This document shows positions 39,202 to 49,404 of a stretch of DNA of 64,000 bases, piece by piece. Made by a program: the position numbers and the translations under genes. The DNA lies in assembly GCA_903929485.1 (NCBI GenBank), contig CAIYUY010000026.1, forward strand, positions 6,279-70,278, read 5' to 3'. Within the stretch, counting starts at the first letter, position 1; each line of letters opens with the position of its first letter. Below the pieces are notes generated by a model. The model saw nothing but the letters and a program-made list of their open reading frames with translations, did no database searches and had not been told where the DNA came from. This DNA comes from an uncultured Desulfuromonadales bacterium. Lineage in GTDB: Bacteria; Desulfobacterota; Desulfuromonadia; Geobacterales; CAIOGM01.

Positions 39202-39588
39202 TCACGGCTCCGCCGCCGCCTTTTTGCTAAGGGAATTGAAGATCATCTCCAAAACCACCTTCTGTTTGGCCTCGTACTTGTTAAGGACCGCCAGACAGGT
39301 TCCCATGGGAAACTGCTCGTGCAGATAGTCGGCATCCCGACCGGAGAGGATGACGATCCGGTTCTTGTCGATACCGCACTCCCGGGCATACTGGAAGAGC
39401 TTCATTCCGTCCAGATTGGGCATCTCCAAATCAATGAGGAGGAGGGAAATGGCGCCACGAAGCGCTCCCAGTGCCTTGATGGGATTGGTACAGGTCTCCA
39501 CGTCCAGGAGTGGATAGTACTCATGGATGTAGCCGCGAAGGATACCGAGAAAAACCTCATCATCATCGACAATCAGGATCTTGTCCAT
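39202..39588 (-). CDS. Single-domain response regulator
   Basis: ILIVDDDE, phospho-acceptor LLIDLEMPNLDG, ILSG and LNK; no output domain. Confidence 0.88.
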   Translation of the reverse strand: MDKILIVDDDEVFLGILRGYIHEYYPLLDVETCTNPIKALGALRGAISLLLIDLEMPNLDGMKLFQYARECGIDKNRIVILSGRDADYLHEQFPMGTCLAVLNKYEAKQKVVLEMIFNSLSKKAAAEP

Positions 39589-39624
39589 CACTACCTCGTC
39601 AAGCAAGGAAAAAACCGCGTTAGT

Positions 39625-40452
39625 TCAGGAGCCCTTGATCCCCTTGGTGGTCGTATAGATGAAATTGCGCACAATCGGATTGGCGCTGTTCTTCAATTCG
39701 GCTGGGGTGCCGACTTCCACAATCCGGCCGTCATGAATCATGGCGATCCGGTCGGAGAGATACAGCGCGAAGTTCAGGTCGTGGGTCACGATGACCGTGG
39801 TATTTTTGGATATCCGACGCAAAGCGATGATGGTGTTGGCCAGTTCATCGGCGTTAACCGGATCAAGCTCCGCTGTCGGTTCATCATAGAGGATCAGGTC
39901 GGGATTCATGGCCAGGGATCGGGCAATGGCCACCCGTTTTTTCATACCGCCGGAAAGTTCCGAGCTCTTCAGCCCTTCCTTCCCTTCCAGTCCCACCAAA
40001 GCCAGCTTTTGGGCGACTATCCGCCTGATCTCCTCTTCCCGGCAGATCCGCTTGTCCCGGAGCCAGAGCCCCACATTCTCTCCCACGGTGAGGGAGTTGA
40101 ACAGGGCAGACGACTGAAAGACCATGCTGCAACGGAACCACTCCGCATGGGCCACCGCTCCGTCCGCGTCAAACAGAGGTCGGTCGTCCACATAAATCTG
40201 TCCGCTGTCGGGAGCATCCAGCCTGACTATGAGCTTCAGCAGGACACTCTTCCCGGTCCCCGAGGGGCCGATGATGGAAAACGTCTCCCCGGCGCGAATT
40301 TCCAGATTGAGCTCCTTCAGGACATGATTCGACCCGAACTGCTTGTTCAGCGATTGTATCCTGATGCCGACGCCACGGGTTTCCGTGAGATTAACAGCAG
40401 GCACAGTCGTACCGGGAGCTTTACTTCCCTTATGGAACAGCCGAAACGACAT
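39625..40452 (-). CDS. ABC transporter ATP-binding protein, MlaF/Ttg2A/Mkl-like
   Basis: GPSGTGKS, FQSSALFNSLTVGENV, LSGGMKKR, LYDEPTAELDP and VTHD. Confidence 0.88.
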   Translation of the reverse strand: MSFRLFHKGSKAPGTTVPAVNLTETRGVGIRIQSLNKQFGSNHVLKELNLEIRAGETFSIIGPSGTGKSVLLKLIVRLDAPDSGQIYVDDRPLFDADGAVAHAEWFRCSMVFQSSALFNSLTVGENVGLWLRDKRICREEEIRRIVAQKLALVGLEGKEGLKSSELSGGMKKRVAIARSLAMNPDLILYDEPTAELDPVNADELANTIIALRRISKNTTVIVTHDLNFALYLSDRIAMIHDGRIVEVGTPAELKNSANPIVRNFIYTTTKGIKGS

Positions 40453-40497
40453 TCATTCTCCTCCAGGAGAGCAGCAAACGCCGGAGATACGGCGCCG

Positions 40498-40596
40498 TCA
40501 CTTCTTTTTTCTCATGTCGCTGGCCGCGACACAACCAAAGACCACAAACATGATGAAGACGGCAAAAATCCAGTCGGCGGGAGAGAATCCAAACAT
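40498..40596 (-). CDS. 32-aa single-TM small protein (not in ORF track)
   Basis: MFGFSPADWIFAVFIMFVVFGCVAASDMRKKK; AAGGTGG RBS; fills the manC-ATPase gap on the operon strand. Confidence 0.6.
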   Translation of the reverse strand: MFGFSPADWIFAVFIMFVVFGCVAASDMRKKK

Positions 40597-40619
40597 AGGT
40601 AATCCACCTTTATTAAACC

Positions 40620-41678
40620 CTAAAGATACTCCTTGAGACCGCGCATTTCCAGTTCCGCCACGATCCCCTTGACCTCCTGCGCCCGGTCACGGGGACAGAC
40701 CAGCAGAGCGTCGGAGGTCTCCACAACGATAAGATCCTTCACCCCCAGGAGAGCCACCAGCTTGCCGCCGCCATAGGCGAGACACCCCTGAGCATCGGTG
40801 GCAACCATCCCGGAGGCATTGATGAATATATTGCCGTTGCCGTCCCCCTCAAGCACCTCGGGGAGCGCGCTCCAGCTCCCCACGTCGCTCCAGCCGAAGG
40901 AGGCCGGAATCATGGACACCCGAGCCGACTTCTCCATGACCCCCACGTCGATGGATTCACCCTTCACCCCGGAGTAGAATACCTCCAACGTCTCTTGGGT
41001 CACCCGACCGTCCTGAACGTCCATGGCGGCAAGAGCGCCATGGAGTTCGGGCATATGCCGGCTCAGTTCGTCCAGAATGACATCGGCTCGCCAGAGGAAC
41101 ATCCCGCTATTCCAGTAAAAATTACCGGCGGCCATGAACTGTTCGGCCCGCTTGACGTCGGGCTTTTCCACGAATCGCGAGACGGGAAAAGGCCCGGGAC
41201 CGGCTGAACCGACAGGAACCTGGATATAGCCGAACCCCGTTTCGGGTCGGGTGGGGACGAGACCGAGAGTCACAAGCTTCCCCTCACCTGCCGTAACCGC
41301 GCCGCGCCGGAGGAGTGCGCAGAATTCCTCTTGGTCGGGGATGACATGATCCGCCGGGAGGACAGCCAGAACCGTGTCCGGAGAGAGGGCCAACCGGGCC
41401 GCCAGCCCCACCGCCGGGGCGGTATTGCGCCCCACCGGCTCGGCAATGACTTCCACGGGAACTTGAGTTATGTAGGCCAGCTGGGCGGCGCTCTCCTCGG
41501 CCTGCAGCCGGTTGGTGAGGACCAGTATCCGCTCCGGAGCAAGGGGGAGCACACGCTCCACGGTCCGCTGAAGCATGGACTTCCCCCCCAGCACCGACAT
41601 GAGCTGTTTGGGATGACGGAGCCTGGAAAGCGGCCAGAACCGGGTGCCGGAGCCGCCGGCAAGGATGACGATAATCAT
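40620..41678 (-). CDS. manC: Mannose-1-phosphate guanylyltransferase
   Basis: LAGGSGTRFWPLSR..PKQ, EPVGRNTAPA, FVEKP, WNSGMF and WSDVGSW. Confidence 0.94.
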   Translation of the reverse strand: MIIVILAGGSGTRFWPLSRLRHPKQLMSVLGGKSMLQRTVERVLPLAPERILVLTNRLQAEESAAQLAYITQVPVEVIAEPVGRNTAPAVGLAARLALSPDTVLAVLPADHVIPDQEEFCALLRRGAVTAGEGKLVTLGLVPTRPETGFGYIQVPVGSAGPGPFPVSRFVEKPDVKRAEQFMAAGNFYWNSGMFLWRADVILDELSRHMPELHGALAAMDVQDGRVTQETLEVFYSGVKGESIDVGVMEKSARVSMIPASFGWSDVGSWSALPEVLEGDGNGNIFINASGMVATDAQGCLAYGGGKLVALLGVKDLIVVETSDALLVCPRDRAQEVKGIVAELEMRGLKEYL

Positions 41679-41695
41679 GGCAATATCCCTCTCAC

Positions 41696-42415
41696 CTACG
41701 CGTACTTTATCAACTCCACCATCTCCCGCACCGCCCGTTCCAATCCCACCAGCACGGCCCGGGAGATGATGGCATGGCCGATATTATACTCCTCGATGCC
41801 GCCGATGGCCGCCACCTTCTTAATGTTGGTGTACGTCAGCCCGTGGCCGGCGTTCACCCCCATCCCCAGTTTCTTGGCCAGCCTCACGGCATTACCGATT
41901 TTCAGCAGTTCCTGCTCCTGCTCCTGCAACCCACGGGCTTCGGCAAAAGCACCGGTGTGGATTTCGATACAGTTGGCGTCGGCCTTGTTGGCCGCCTTAA
42001 TCTGGTCCGGATCCGGATCCAGAAAAAGACTGACGATGATCCCGCCATCCTGTAGGCGATCAACCGCATCGGTGATGACATCCAGATTGAACCGAACGTC
42101 CAGCCCCCCTTCGGTGGTCAATTCCTGGCGTTTTTCCGGAACCAGCGTGCAGATCTCCGGCTTGATTTCCAGGGCTATCCTGATCATCTCATCGGTGGCG
42201 GCCATCTCCAGGTTGAGTTTTGTTTTCACCGTCTGGCGGAGCAGGCGCAGATCCCGATCCTGTATGTGCCTCCGATCCTCGCGAAGGTGAATGGTGATGC
42301 CGTCAGCCCCCCCCAGTTCAGCCAATACCGCCGCCGCCACAGGGTCGGGCTCCGCTCCCCCCCGGGCCTGCCGGAGTGTGGCCACATGGTCGATGTTCAC
42401 CCCCAGATTAGCCAT
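41696..42415 (-). CDS. pdxJ: Pyridoxine 5'-phosphate synthase
   Basis: [37 protein letters not shown] and NIGH. Confidence 0.97.
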   Translation of the reverse strand: MANLGVNIDHVATLRQARGGAEPDPVAAAVLAELGGADGITIHLREDRRHIQDRDLRLLRQTVKTKLNLEMAATDEMIRIALEIKPEICTLVPEKRQELTTEGGLDVRFNLDVITDAVDRLQDGGIIVSLFLDPDPDQIKAANKADANCIEIHTGAFAEARGLQEQEQELLKIGNAVRLAKKLGMGVNAGHGLTYTNIKKVAAIGGIEEYNIGHAIISRAVLVGLERAVREMVELIKYA

Positions 42416-43776
42416 CAGTGACCTCTCTCGCCCAGATGCCGATCAACCAGATCGATGATCTCCCGGGCCCAGGTTGTGATCTCTTGTGTATCCTTCCCTT
42501 CAATCATGACCCGCAGGAGCGGCTCGGTTCCGGAGTAGCGGATAAGAATCCGTCCCTCATCGCCCAAAAGAGCTTCCACCTCGCGAACCCGTTGCTCGAT
42601 CTCCGGTATGGACATGATATCCCTTCGCTCGGAAACCCGAACATTGAGAAGCACCTGGGGGAGCGCCACCATGCATTTGGCCAATTGGGAAAGGGGCTTG
42701 CCGCTGCGACGCATGACCGCCAGGAGCTGCAGGGCCGATAGGGTCCCGTCACCGGTAGTGTTGTGGTCCAAAAAGATCATATGTCCCGACTGCTCTCCGC
42801 CAAGATTATATCCTCCCCTGCGCATTTCCTCCACCACGTAACGGTCCCCCACCGCAGTCTTGATGACGCAGCCGCCGGCGTTGCGCAGGGCAATGTCCAA
42901 CCCCATGTTGCTCATGACCGTCGCCACCAGGGTATTTTTATTAAGCTGATTATACTTGAGCATGTCAAGTGCGCAGATGGCCATGATGTGATCACCATCC
43001 ACCTCTTTACCGAATTCATCGCAGACGATGACGCGGTCGGCATCACCATCCAGGGCAATGCCGATATCGGCCCGCAGTTCCCGCACCTTGTCCCGGACAA
43101 CCTGGGGATAAAGCGAACCGCAGCCGGCGTTGATGTTGGTGCCGTCCGGTTCTACCCCCACGGCGATGACCTCCGCCCCCAGTTCCCGCAACACCGCCGG
43201 GGCCACCTTGTAGGCGGCGCCGTTGGCGCAGTCCACCACGATCCGGAGCCCGGTCAGGTCGAACTCCTTGGGAAAGGTGCTTTTAAGAAAGACGATATAA
43301 CGCCCCTTGGCGTCATCGATGCGGGCGGCGCGCCCAACCTCGGTGGCGATGGGGCGGAGGGAATCGATCCGCCCCGATTCGATGAGCTCCTCGATCTTCA
43401 TCTCCACGTCGTCGGGAAGCTTGAAACCATCATTGAAAAAAAACTTGATGCCATTATCCTGAAAGGGATTATGGGAGGCGGAGATTACCACCCCGGCATC
43501 GGCCCGCATGGAGGCGGTGATGTAGGCGATCCCCGGCGTGGGTAGCGGCCCCACGAGAAGCACGTCAACCCCCATGGAACAGATTCCGGCGGAGAGGGCA
43601 TTTTCGATCATATAGCCGGAGAGTCGAGTATCCTTGCCGATGACTATCCGGTGCCGACGAGTGCTCCCCTTGAAAACATAAGCCGCGGCTCTGCCAATCT
43701 GCATGGCCATCTCGGTGGTCATGGGATGCACGTTGGCGACACCGCGCACGCCATCAGTACCGAACAGTTTTTTCAT
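42415..43776 (-). CDS. glmM: Phosphoglucosamine mutase
   Basis: [28 protein letters not shown] and RYSGTEP. Confidence 0.97.
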   Translation of the reverse strand: MKKLFGTDGVRGVANVHPMTTEMAMQIGRAAAYVFKGSTRRHRIVIGKDTRLSGYMIENALSAGICSMGVDVLLVGPLPTPGIAYITASMRADAGVVISASHNPFQDNGIKFFFNDGFKLPDDVEMKIEELIESGRIDSLRPIATEVGRAARIDDAKGRYIVFLKSTFPKEFDLTGLRIVVDCANGAAYKVAPAVLRELGAEVIAVGVEPDGTNINAGCGSLYPQVVRDKVRELRADIGIALDGDADRVIVCDEFGKEVDGDHIMAICALDMLKYNQLNKNTLVATVMSNMGLDIALRNAGGCVIKTAVGDRYVVEEMRRGGYNLGGEQSGHMIFLDHNTTGDGTLSALQLLAVMRRSGKPLSQLAKCMVALPQVLLNVRVSERRDIMSIPEIEQRVREVEALLGDEGRILIRYSGTEPLLRVMIEGKDTQEITTWAREIIDLVDRHLGERGH

Positions 43777-43873
43777 AACATCGATCTCCCGTTAGATTAA
43801 TCCGTTCCTCAAGTTAACTCTGAGTAAATGCGTGTAATACGACTTTTTTCCGCTCTGATTACTTTCACCGGGA

Positions 43874-44251
43874 TTACCGCTCCGACTTGGACAACCGGAC
43901 CTCCATCCTGGCGGGATAAATCCTCACAACCTTAAGATCCTTCGGTAAGGCGAGTCGCTGCTCAACGCCGGGAAACAGCGTAACCCCTTCGCCTGCTCCG
44001 GAAAGATCGAGATCAATGACCAGATCATCCGACCTTAGCAGGGCGACGATCAACCGCGGGCCGGAAATAACAACCTGCACGAAAGGGGGTACGCCCGATG
44101 GGGTCATCCCCGCTGCTCCGTTGACCACCCTCACCGGCACGGAAATCGTCCGCTGGAGTGGACGCTCCCAGGTGGCAAAGAGCCAGAATATCAAAGCGAG
44201 AAGCACCGAAAGGAGCTTGACGGCGGGGGAGGTGGCGGTACGCTCAGACAT
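43874..44251 (-). CDS. cdaR: CdaR/YbbR-domain protein (single domain)
   Basis: KLLSVLLALIFW TM anchor plus one YbbR-like domain (VQVVISGP, IDLDLS); located between cdaA and glmM. Confidence 0.8.
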   Translation of the reverse strand: MSERTATSPAVKLLSVLLALIFWLFATWERPLQRTISVPVRVVNGAAGMTPSGVPPFVQVVISGPRLIVALLRSDDLVIDLDLSGAGEGVTLFPGVEQRLALPKDLKVVRIYPARMEVRLSKSER

Positions 44252-45020
44252 GGCCGCCTCGCTCCGGAGACGGTCCCAGGGAACGGACCAGAAACTTCCT
44301 TAACTCCCCCAGGTCGATGTCACCGGTAATCCTCCCCCCAACCGCCAGCGAAATCGTGCCGGTCTCCTCGGAAACCACCACCACCAGAGCGTCCACCAAC
44401 TCGGTAAGGCCGATAGCCGCCCGATGTCGGGTTCCCAGGTTTTTGCTGACCCCGGGATTCCTTGTCAGGGGGAGAAAACAGCCCGCCAGCGTAAGCTTTC
44501 CCCTCTTGATAATAACGGCGCCGTCATGAATGGGAGAATACGGCAGAAAAATGGAGGTCAATAGTTCACTGGTGACCTTGGCGTCGATCTCTGTTCCGAC
44601 CTCGATGAATGGATCGAGCCCCATCTGCCGCTCCAGGACAATGAGAGAGCCGATGTTGCGAGCAGCCAGGGATGTGGCCGCGGCGATGACGGCATCCACG
44701 ACTTCGGCGACATCACTGCTCTGCTGCGGCGTTGAGGCAAGCACCCTCCCATAGGTGAGGATCGCCCGACGGATATCGGTATGGAAGATAACTACTACAA
44801 TGACAACCCCGGAACCAAGAAGAGAGTTCAGAAGCCACTGCAGGGTAGAGAGACCGGATAGACGGGAGATGACGGCAAGGAGGAAAACGGCATTCAACGC
44901 AAGCAGGAGGCGCAGGGCCAAGGGGCTTCTCAGGAGGGAACTAGCCCGGTGGATGAACAGTGCGACCAGTACGATATCAAGCAGGTCAATCAACCGGAAG
45001 GTATCCAGAATCGCGCCCAT
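44244..45020 (-). CDS. cdaA: Diadenylate cyclase CdaA/DacA
   Basis: Three TM segments, HDGA and GTRHRAA catalytic motifs, VSEETG. Confidence 0.94.
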   Translation of the reverse strand: MGAILDTFRLIDLLDIVLVALFIHRASSLLRSPLALRLLLALNAVFLLAVISRLSGLSTLQWLLNSLLGSGVVIVVVIFHTDIRRAILTYGRVLASTPQQSSDVAEVVDAVIAAATSLAARNIGSLIVLERQMGLDPFIEVGTEIDAKVTSELLTSIFLPYSPIHDGAVIIKRGKLTLAGCFLPLTRNPGVSKNLGTRHRAAIGLTELVDALVVVVSEETGTISLAVGGRITGDIDLGELRKFLVRSLGPSPERGGHV

Positions 45021-45074
45021 CCCTCCCCCTGTTTGCTATGACATGACGATCCCTCCCGAACGGCATCCGGCGGG

Positions 45075-45926
45075 TCAGCCGGCAATCTCCCACGCCATAT
45101 CAGCGACATCACGCATGGCGGCTACGTCATGAACACGAAGCACCCTGGCGCCGTTGGCGACAGCCAGAGCAATTGTGGCGGCAGTCGTGAAGAGCCTGCT
45201 CCCCACGGTCCGACCGGCCGCCGTAGCGGTGAGCCCTTTGCGGGAACTACCAATCAGGAGCGGTCTCCCCAGACCAAGGAGTTCATGCAGGCGACGGAGC
45301 AGTTCCAGGTTCCCCGCACGCTCCTTGCCGAAACCGATTCCCGGATCCAGCACGATCTGCTCCGCGGTGATTCCCGCGCGAAGTGCCTGCTTTAGCGACG
45401 AGGCAAGCCCGGAACAGACCTCGGTCACCAGCGCACCATAGAAGGTATCATGCTGCATGGTCGCGGGACGCCCCCGGGTATGCATGAGTACCAGACCGGC
45501 GTTAAAATCAGACACAACTCCAGCCATCTCACCATCAAAGACAAGGCCGCTTATATCATTAATGATCTCGACGCCGGCGGCAAGGGCGCGGGCCGCGACT
45601 CCGGATTTGGTGGTATCAAGGGAAAGAGGGATGTTCAGAAGAGGCATAAGTCGTTCAACCACCGGCATGACCCGGCGGAGTTCCTCATCCTCCGAAACGC
45701 CCACTGAACCGGGCCTGGTGCTCTCCCCTCCCAGATCGATAATATCGGCCCCGGCTTCCACCATGGAGAGGGCATGGGAAACGGCCTGCCCCGGCTCCAT
45801 CCGGAGAGCCCCGTCGGAGAAGGAGTCGGGAGTCACATTAAGTATCCCCATGATCAGGGGCCTCCCCGACAAATCCAGGGTCCGTCGGCTCGTCCGCCAG
45901 AGGTGGGAAGATGACGCCGCCTCCAT
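45075..45926 (-). CDS. folP: Dihydropteroate synthase
   Basis: MGILNVTPDSFSDG, GGESTRPG, DPGIGFGK, SRK and RVHDV. Confidence 0.96.
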   Translation of the reverse strand: MEAASSSHLWRTSRRTLDLSGRPLIMGILNVTPDSFSDGALRMEPGQAVSHALSMVEAGADIIDLGGESTRPGSVGVSEDEELRRVMPVVERLMPLLNIPLSLDTTKSGVAARALAAGVEIINDISGLVFDGEMAGVVSDFNAGLVLMHTRGRPATMQHDTFYGALVTEVCSGLASSLKQALRAGITAEQIVLDPGIGFGKERAGNLELLRRLHELLGLGRPLLIGSSRKGLTATAAGRTVGSRLFTTAATIALAVANGARVLRVHDVAAMRDVADMAWEIAG

Positions 45927-45929
45927 AAC

Positions 45930-47756
45930 TTATACCGGTTCAACTCCATCAATCATCATGGCCTCGGACTTGACCCCGGCAATGAGAACATCAACCTCGG
46001 CGCCGGTCATGGTCTCCTTCTCCATGAGCACCTTCGACAGTCGGTGGAGGCTGTCGATATTGTCGCTGAGAAGCTGGAATGCCTGGCGGTAATTCTCTTC
46101 CACGATCTGCCGGATCTCGCTATCGATCTCCACCGCGGTAGCTTCGCTGTAGTTCTTGGAAGAAGCGATGTCTCGTCCCAAAAAGATCTGCTCGTCTTTC
46201 TTGCCGAAAGTTACCGGCCCCATCTTGGTGCTCATCCCCCATTCGCAAACCATCTTGCGAGCCATATCCGTGGCCCGTTCGATGTCGTTGCCGGCGCCGG
46301 TTGTCATGGTATGAAAGATCAGCTCTTCGGCGGCCCGCCCACCCATAAGAACTGCAATCCTGTTCATGAGGGACTCACGGCAGTAACTATGTTTATCCTC
46401 GATGGGGAGTTGCATGGTGACCCCCAGGGCTCTCCCCCGTGGGATAATGGAAACCTTGTGAACCGGATCGGTGCCGGGGATGAACTTGGCCACGAGAGTA
46501 TGGCCGGCCTCGTGATAGGCGGTGTTATTTTTTTCTTCCTCGGAGATCACCATGCTCCGGCGCTCGACCCCCATGAGAACTTTATCCTTGGCGTTATCAA
46601 TATCCACCATATCGATGACGCTCTTATCCTTGCGGGCAGCCAGAAGCGCCGCCTCATTCACCACATTGGCCAGGTCGGCCCCGGAGAAACCGGGGGTCCC
46701 CCGGGCGATAACCTCCAGATCCACATCCTCGGCCAACGGAGTCTTCTTACTGTGAACCTTGAGGATCGCCGCCCGTCCCTTCACATCGGGACGAGGAACC
46801 ACCACCTGCCGGTCAAAACGACCGGGGCGCAGGAGCGCCGGGTCGAGAACATCGGGACGGTTGGTGGCGGCGATGAGGATAACCCCTTCATTGGACTCGA
46901 AGCCGTCCATCTCCACCAGGAGCTGGTTGAGAGTCTGTTCCCGTTCATCATGCCCCCCACCGAGACCCGCACCCCGATGACGCCCCACCGCATCGATTTC
47001 ATCGATAAAGATGATACAGGGAGCATTTTTCTTCCCTTGAACAAAAAGGTCACGCACCCGGCTGGCGCCGACACCAACAAACATCTCCACGAAATCCGAA
47101 CCGGATATGGAGAAAAAAGGAACTCCGGCCTCTCCGGCGACGGCCCTGGCCAGCAGAGTCTTACCGGTCCCCGGAGGGCCCATGAGAAGCACCCCCTTGG
47201 GTATCCTGCCTCCAAGTTTTGTAAACTTTTTCGGTTCCTTGAGGAATTGAATGATCTCCTCAAGCTCTTCCTTGGCCTCTTCGATCCCGGCCACATCCTC
47301 AAAGGTGATCTTCCCTTGAGCCTCGGTGAGAAGCTTGGCGCGGCTTTTGCCGAAGGACATGGCTTTGCCGCCGCCGGCCTGCATCTGCCGCATGAAAAAG
47401 ATCCAGACCCCCACCAGAAGGATCAGTGGAAACCAGGAGATGAAGATAGAGAACCAGGAGACATGCTCTTCTTCGGGTCGCGCCGAGATGGAGACTTTTT
47501 TATCCTGAAGCTTCTGAACGATGTTGGTGTCGGCAGGCTTGTAGCTCCGGAAATCCTTGCCGTCACTGTACTTGCCGATAATGTCGCTTCCCTGGATGAT
47601 CACCGAGGAGACTTTACCCGCATCCACCGCGATGATGAAATCGCTGTAGTTCACCTTTTCCTGGGTAGGATGAGGTTTGTTGAAGAGGTTGAAAAGGAGG
47701 ATCATCATCAGACTGATGACAAGCCAGAGCGCCAGGTTTTTGTAAAATTGATTCAA
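45930..47756 (-). CDS. ftsH: ATP-dependent zinc metalloprotease
   Basis: Two TMs, [22 protein letters not shown] and HEAGH. Confidence 0.98.
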   Translation of the reverse strand: MNQFYKNLALWLVISLMMILLFNLFNKPHPTQEKVNYSDFIIAVDAGKVSSVIIQGSDIIGKYSDGKDFRSYKPADTNIVQKLQDKKVSISARPEEEHVSWFSIFISWFPLILLVGVWIFFMRQMQAGGGKAMSFGKSRAKLLTEAQGKITFEDVAGIEEAKEELEEIIQFLKEPKKFTKLGGRIPKGVLLMGPPGTGKTLLARAVAGEAGVPFFSISGSDFVEMFVGVGASRVRDLFVQGKKNAPCIIFIDEIDAVGRHRGAGLGGGHDEREQTLNQLLVEMDGFESNEGVILIAATNRPDVLDPALLRPGRFDRQVVVPRPDVKGRAAILKVHSKKTPLAEDVDLEVIARGTPGFSGADLANVVNEAALLAARKDKSVIDMVDIDNAKDKVLMGVERRSMVISEEEKNNTAYHEAGHTLVAKFIPGTDPVHKVSIIPRGRALGVTMQLPIEDKHSYCRESLMNRIAVLMGGRAAEELIFHTMTTGAGNDIERATDMARKMVCEWGMSTKMGPVTFGKKDEQIFLGRDIASSKNYSEATAVEIDSEIRQIVEENYRQAFQLLSDNIDSLHRLSKVLMEKETMTGAEVDVLIAGVKSEAMMIDGVEPV

Positions 47757-47828
47757 AATAAACCCCCGTAAAGGAAAGGCCAGGCCGACAGAGCGGCCCG
47801 GTTCAGGGAACTTGGGTAAACCGAGTAA

Positions 47829-47857
47829 TAATTACCATAGGCGGTATTGTTTGACAA
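47829..47857 (-). promoter_or_regulatory. Possible sigma70 promoter for the ftsH operon
   Basis: TTGTCA-N17-TAATTA with TG extension; weak -10. Confidence 0.3.
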
Positions 47858-47877
47858 GTAAATTGGCCGGCTATTTG

Positions 47878-49230
47878 TCAAATGCTCTTGGTTCCCTCTC
47901 CGGCAGGTGGCGCCGGGGGGTCAGGCAAAAATGTTTCCTCCCGGCTAAAGGCTCGAGTAAGCTCCCGGAGCAGCGCCATGAGTTCCTGCTTGGAATAGCC
48001 GCGACTGGTAACCGCCATATCCACGTTGTTTCCCCCGAGCCGGGTAATCCGTATTTTAAAGTTATCATTCCTCAGGCATACTTCCAGGAGGTTGTCCGGG
48101 TGTGAATACAGGTCATAGCGATCGATTTTGCCGTCACTGAGCACCCAGCGGTCACTTCGCCTCATGACATAAAACTTCCGGGACCAGGGGAAATTGCGTC
48201 CCCAAAGTGATCGCCCCACCTGCCGCAATGCCTGCACCACCATGAGAGAGAGGGATCGGTACCGCTTGGCATACTTGCGAGAAGAGTCGTCCTGAAAAAT
48301 CATCTGAAGAGAAGTTATGATCCGGCGAGCACCCCTGAAAAAACCATAGGAAAGGAGGACCATGAGAAATAGTATTCCCAAAAAACGGGCGCCTTTACTC
48401 AAGGTCAGACGCTCGGTTCCGTCCGTCACCTTGGAGGTAGAAGACGCCGCTTCCACCCCCTTCTGATATTCCTGGGGATGACGTTCAAAATAGCCGCCGG
48501 CGGCAATACTCAGGGCTTTTTTCTGCAATTTTCCGGAACGCATGATATCAGCGGCGAAATAATCCATCCGGAGGGCATTGGTCTGACTCAGGAGTTGGTA
48601 GGCATCATTAATAATGGAGCTTTCCACCGAATCGCCCGTTACCCTTTTATACCCGGCAATGGAGAGAATCTTCTCCGCGTCAACCCTCATGGCCGGGATG
48701 GTGACCGCGGTAAATCTCGATCGGGACGGGTTGGCGCAGTCGATGATGGCGGTAACGGAATTTGTCCCGAACGTGATGATTATCTCGGTCGGGTGGAGCA
48801 GGTACGTCGCCGAAACCTCCCCCAGCTCGGTGATACTCTCCACATTCATGGTGTTGTTGAACGTAGCCGCTAAATTCTGCTGAAAGAGAAGCTTCCCCTT
48901 GTTGCCGTCATAGGTCGAACCGGGATACACCTCACCCAATTTCATGAGAAAATAGGCCTGTACCTTCGCCGGGTTGTCGGGGATACGGGATTTAGCCTCC
49001 ACATTGGTTTTTTGCAGGAACTCAATAAGCCCGCGCGCCTTGTTCACTCGCGCCTCGAATGCCTGAACCGTTCGTTGAAAACCGTCCCCCGATCCCTCGG
49101 AATGTTCGGAATCCGCCATGGCGGACTGGTTCTGTTCGGGAGAGGAATTGAGGGAAACAGGCGCTCCGAAGGCCAAAGAGGCGGTTGCCAGCAGTATGAC
49201 TGCAAAGAGACGACAGGATAAAGAAGGCAT
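47878..49230 (-). CDS. Hypothetical exported, single-TM membrane protein
   Basis: 450-aa ORF with signal peptide (AFG), about 260-aa extracytoplasmic part, TM (FLGILFLMVLLSYGFF) and basic C-terminal domain. Confidence 0.7.
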   Translation of the reverse strand: MPSLSCRLFAVILLATASLAFGAPVSLNSSPEQNQSAMADSEHSEGSGDGFQRTVQAFEARVNKARGLIEFLQKTNVEAKSRIPDNPAKVQAYFLMKLGEVYPGSTYDGNKGKLLFQQNLAATFNNTMNVESITELGEVSATYLLHPTEIIITFGTNSVTAIIDCANPSRSRFTAVTIPAMRVDAEKILSIAGYKRVTGDSVESSIINDAYQLLSQTNALRMDYFAADIMRSGKLQKKALSIAAGGYFERHPQEYQKGVEAASSTSKVTDGTERLTLSKGARFLGILFLMVLLSYGFFRGARRIITSLQMIFQDDSSRKYAKRYRSLSLMVVQALRQVGRSLWGRNFPWSRKFYVMRRSDRWVLSDGKIDRYDLYSHPDNLLEVCLRNDNFKIRITRLGGNNVDMAVTSRGYSKQELMALLRELTRAFSREETFLPDPPAPPAGEGTKSI

Positions 49231-49257
49231 GAGAACTCGCTTTCAGGAAAAATCTCG

Positions 49258-49286
49258 AGGATAAGCCGCCAAAACGGCGCCGTCAA
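49258..49286 (-). promoter_or_regulatory. Putative sigma70 promoter for the 450-aa hypothetical gene
   Basis: TTGACG-N17-TATCCT. Confidence 0.55.
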
Positions 49287-49404
49287 GAGAGTCCCCTTTT
49301 TATATTTTTCCGGGTATACTAGCACGAAACAATCACTATTGTTACCGATCTTTCACCATAACCAGCGAAGAACTCACAACGAAACCGCCCCGGAGCGCAT
49401 CAGT

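Noticed and set aside
23480-47771. Long plus-strand ORFs (23480-24793, 26934-28400, 32251-33264, 34266-35495, 39319-40602, 46044-47771)
   Set aside because: They lie antisense to lysS, ppaC, fusA, coaX/birA, the ABC ATPase and ftsH and have no motifs. Long shadow frames are expected in GC-rich coding DNA.
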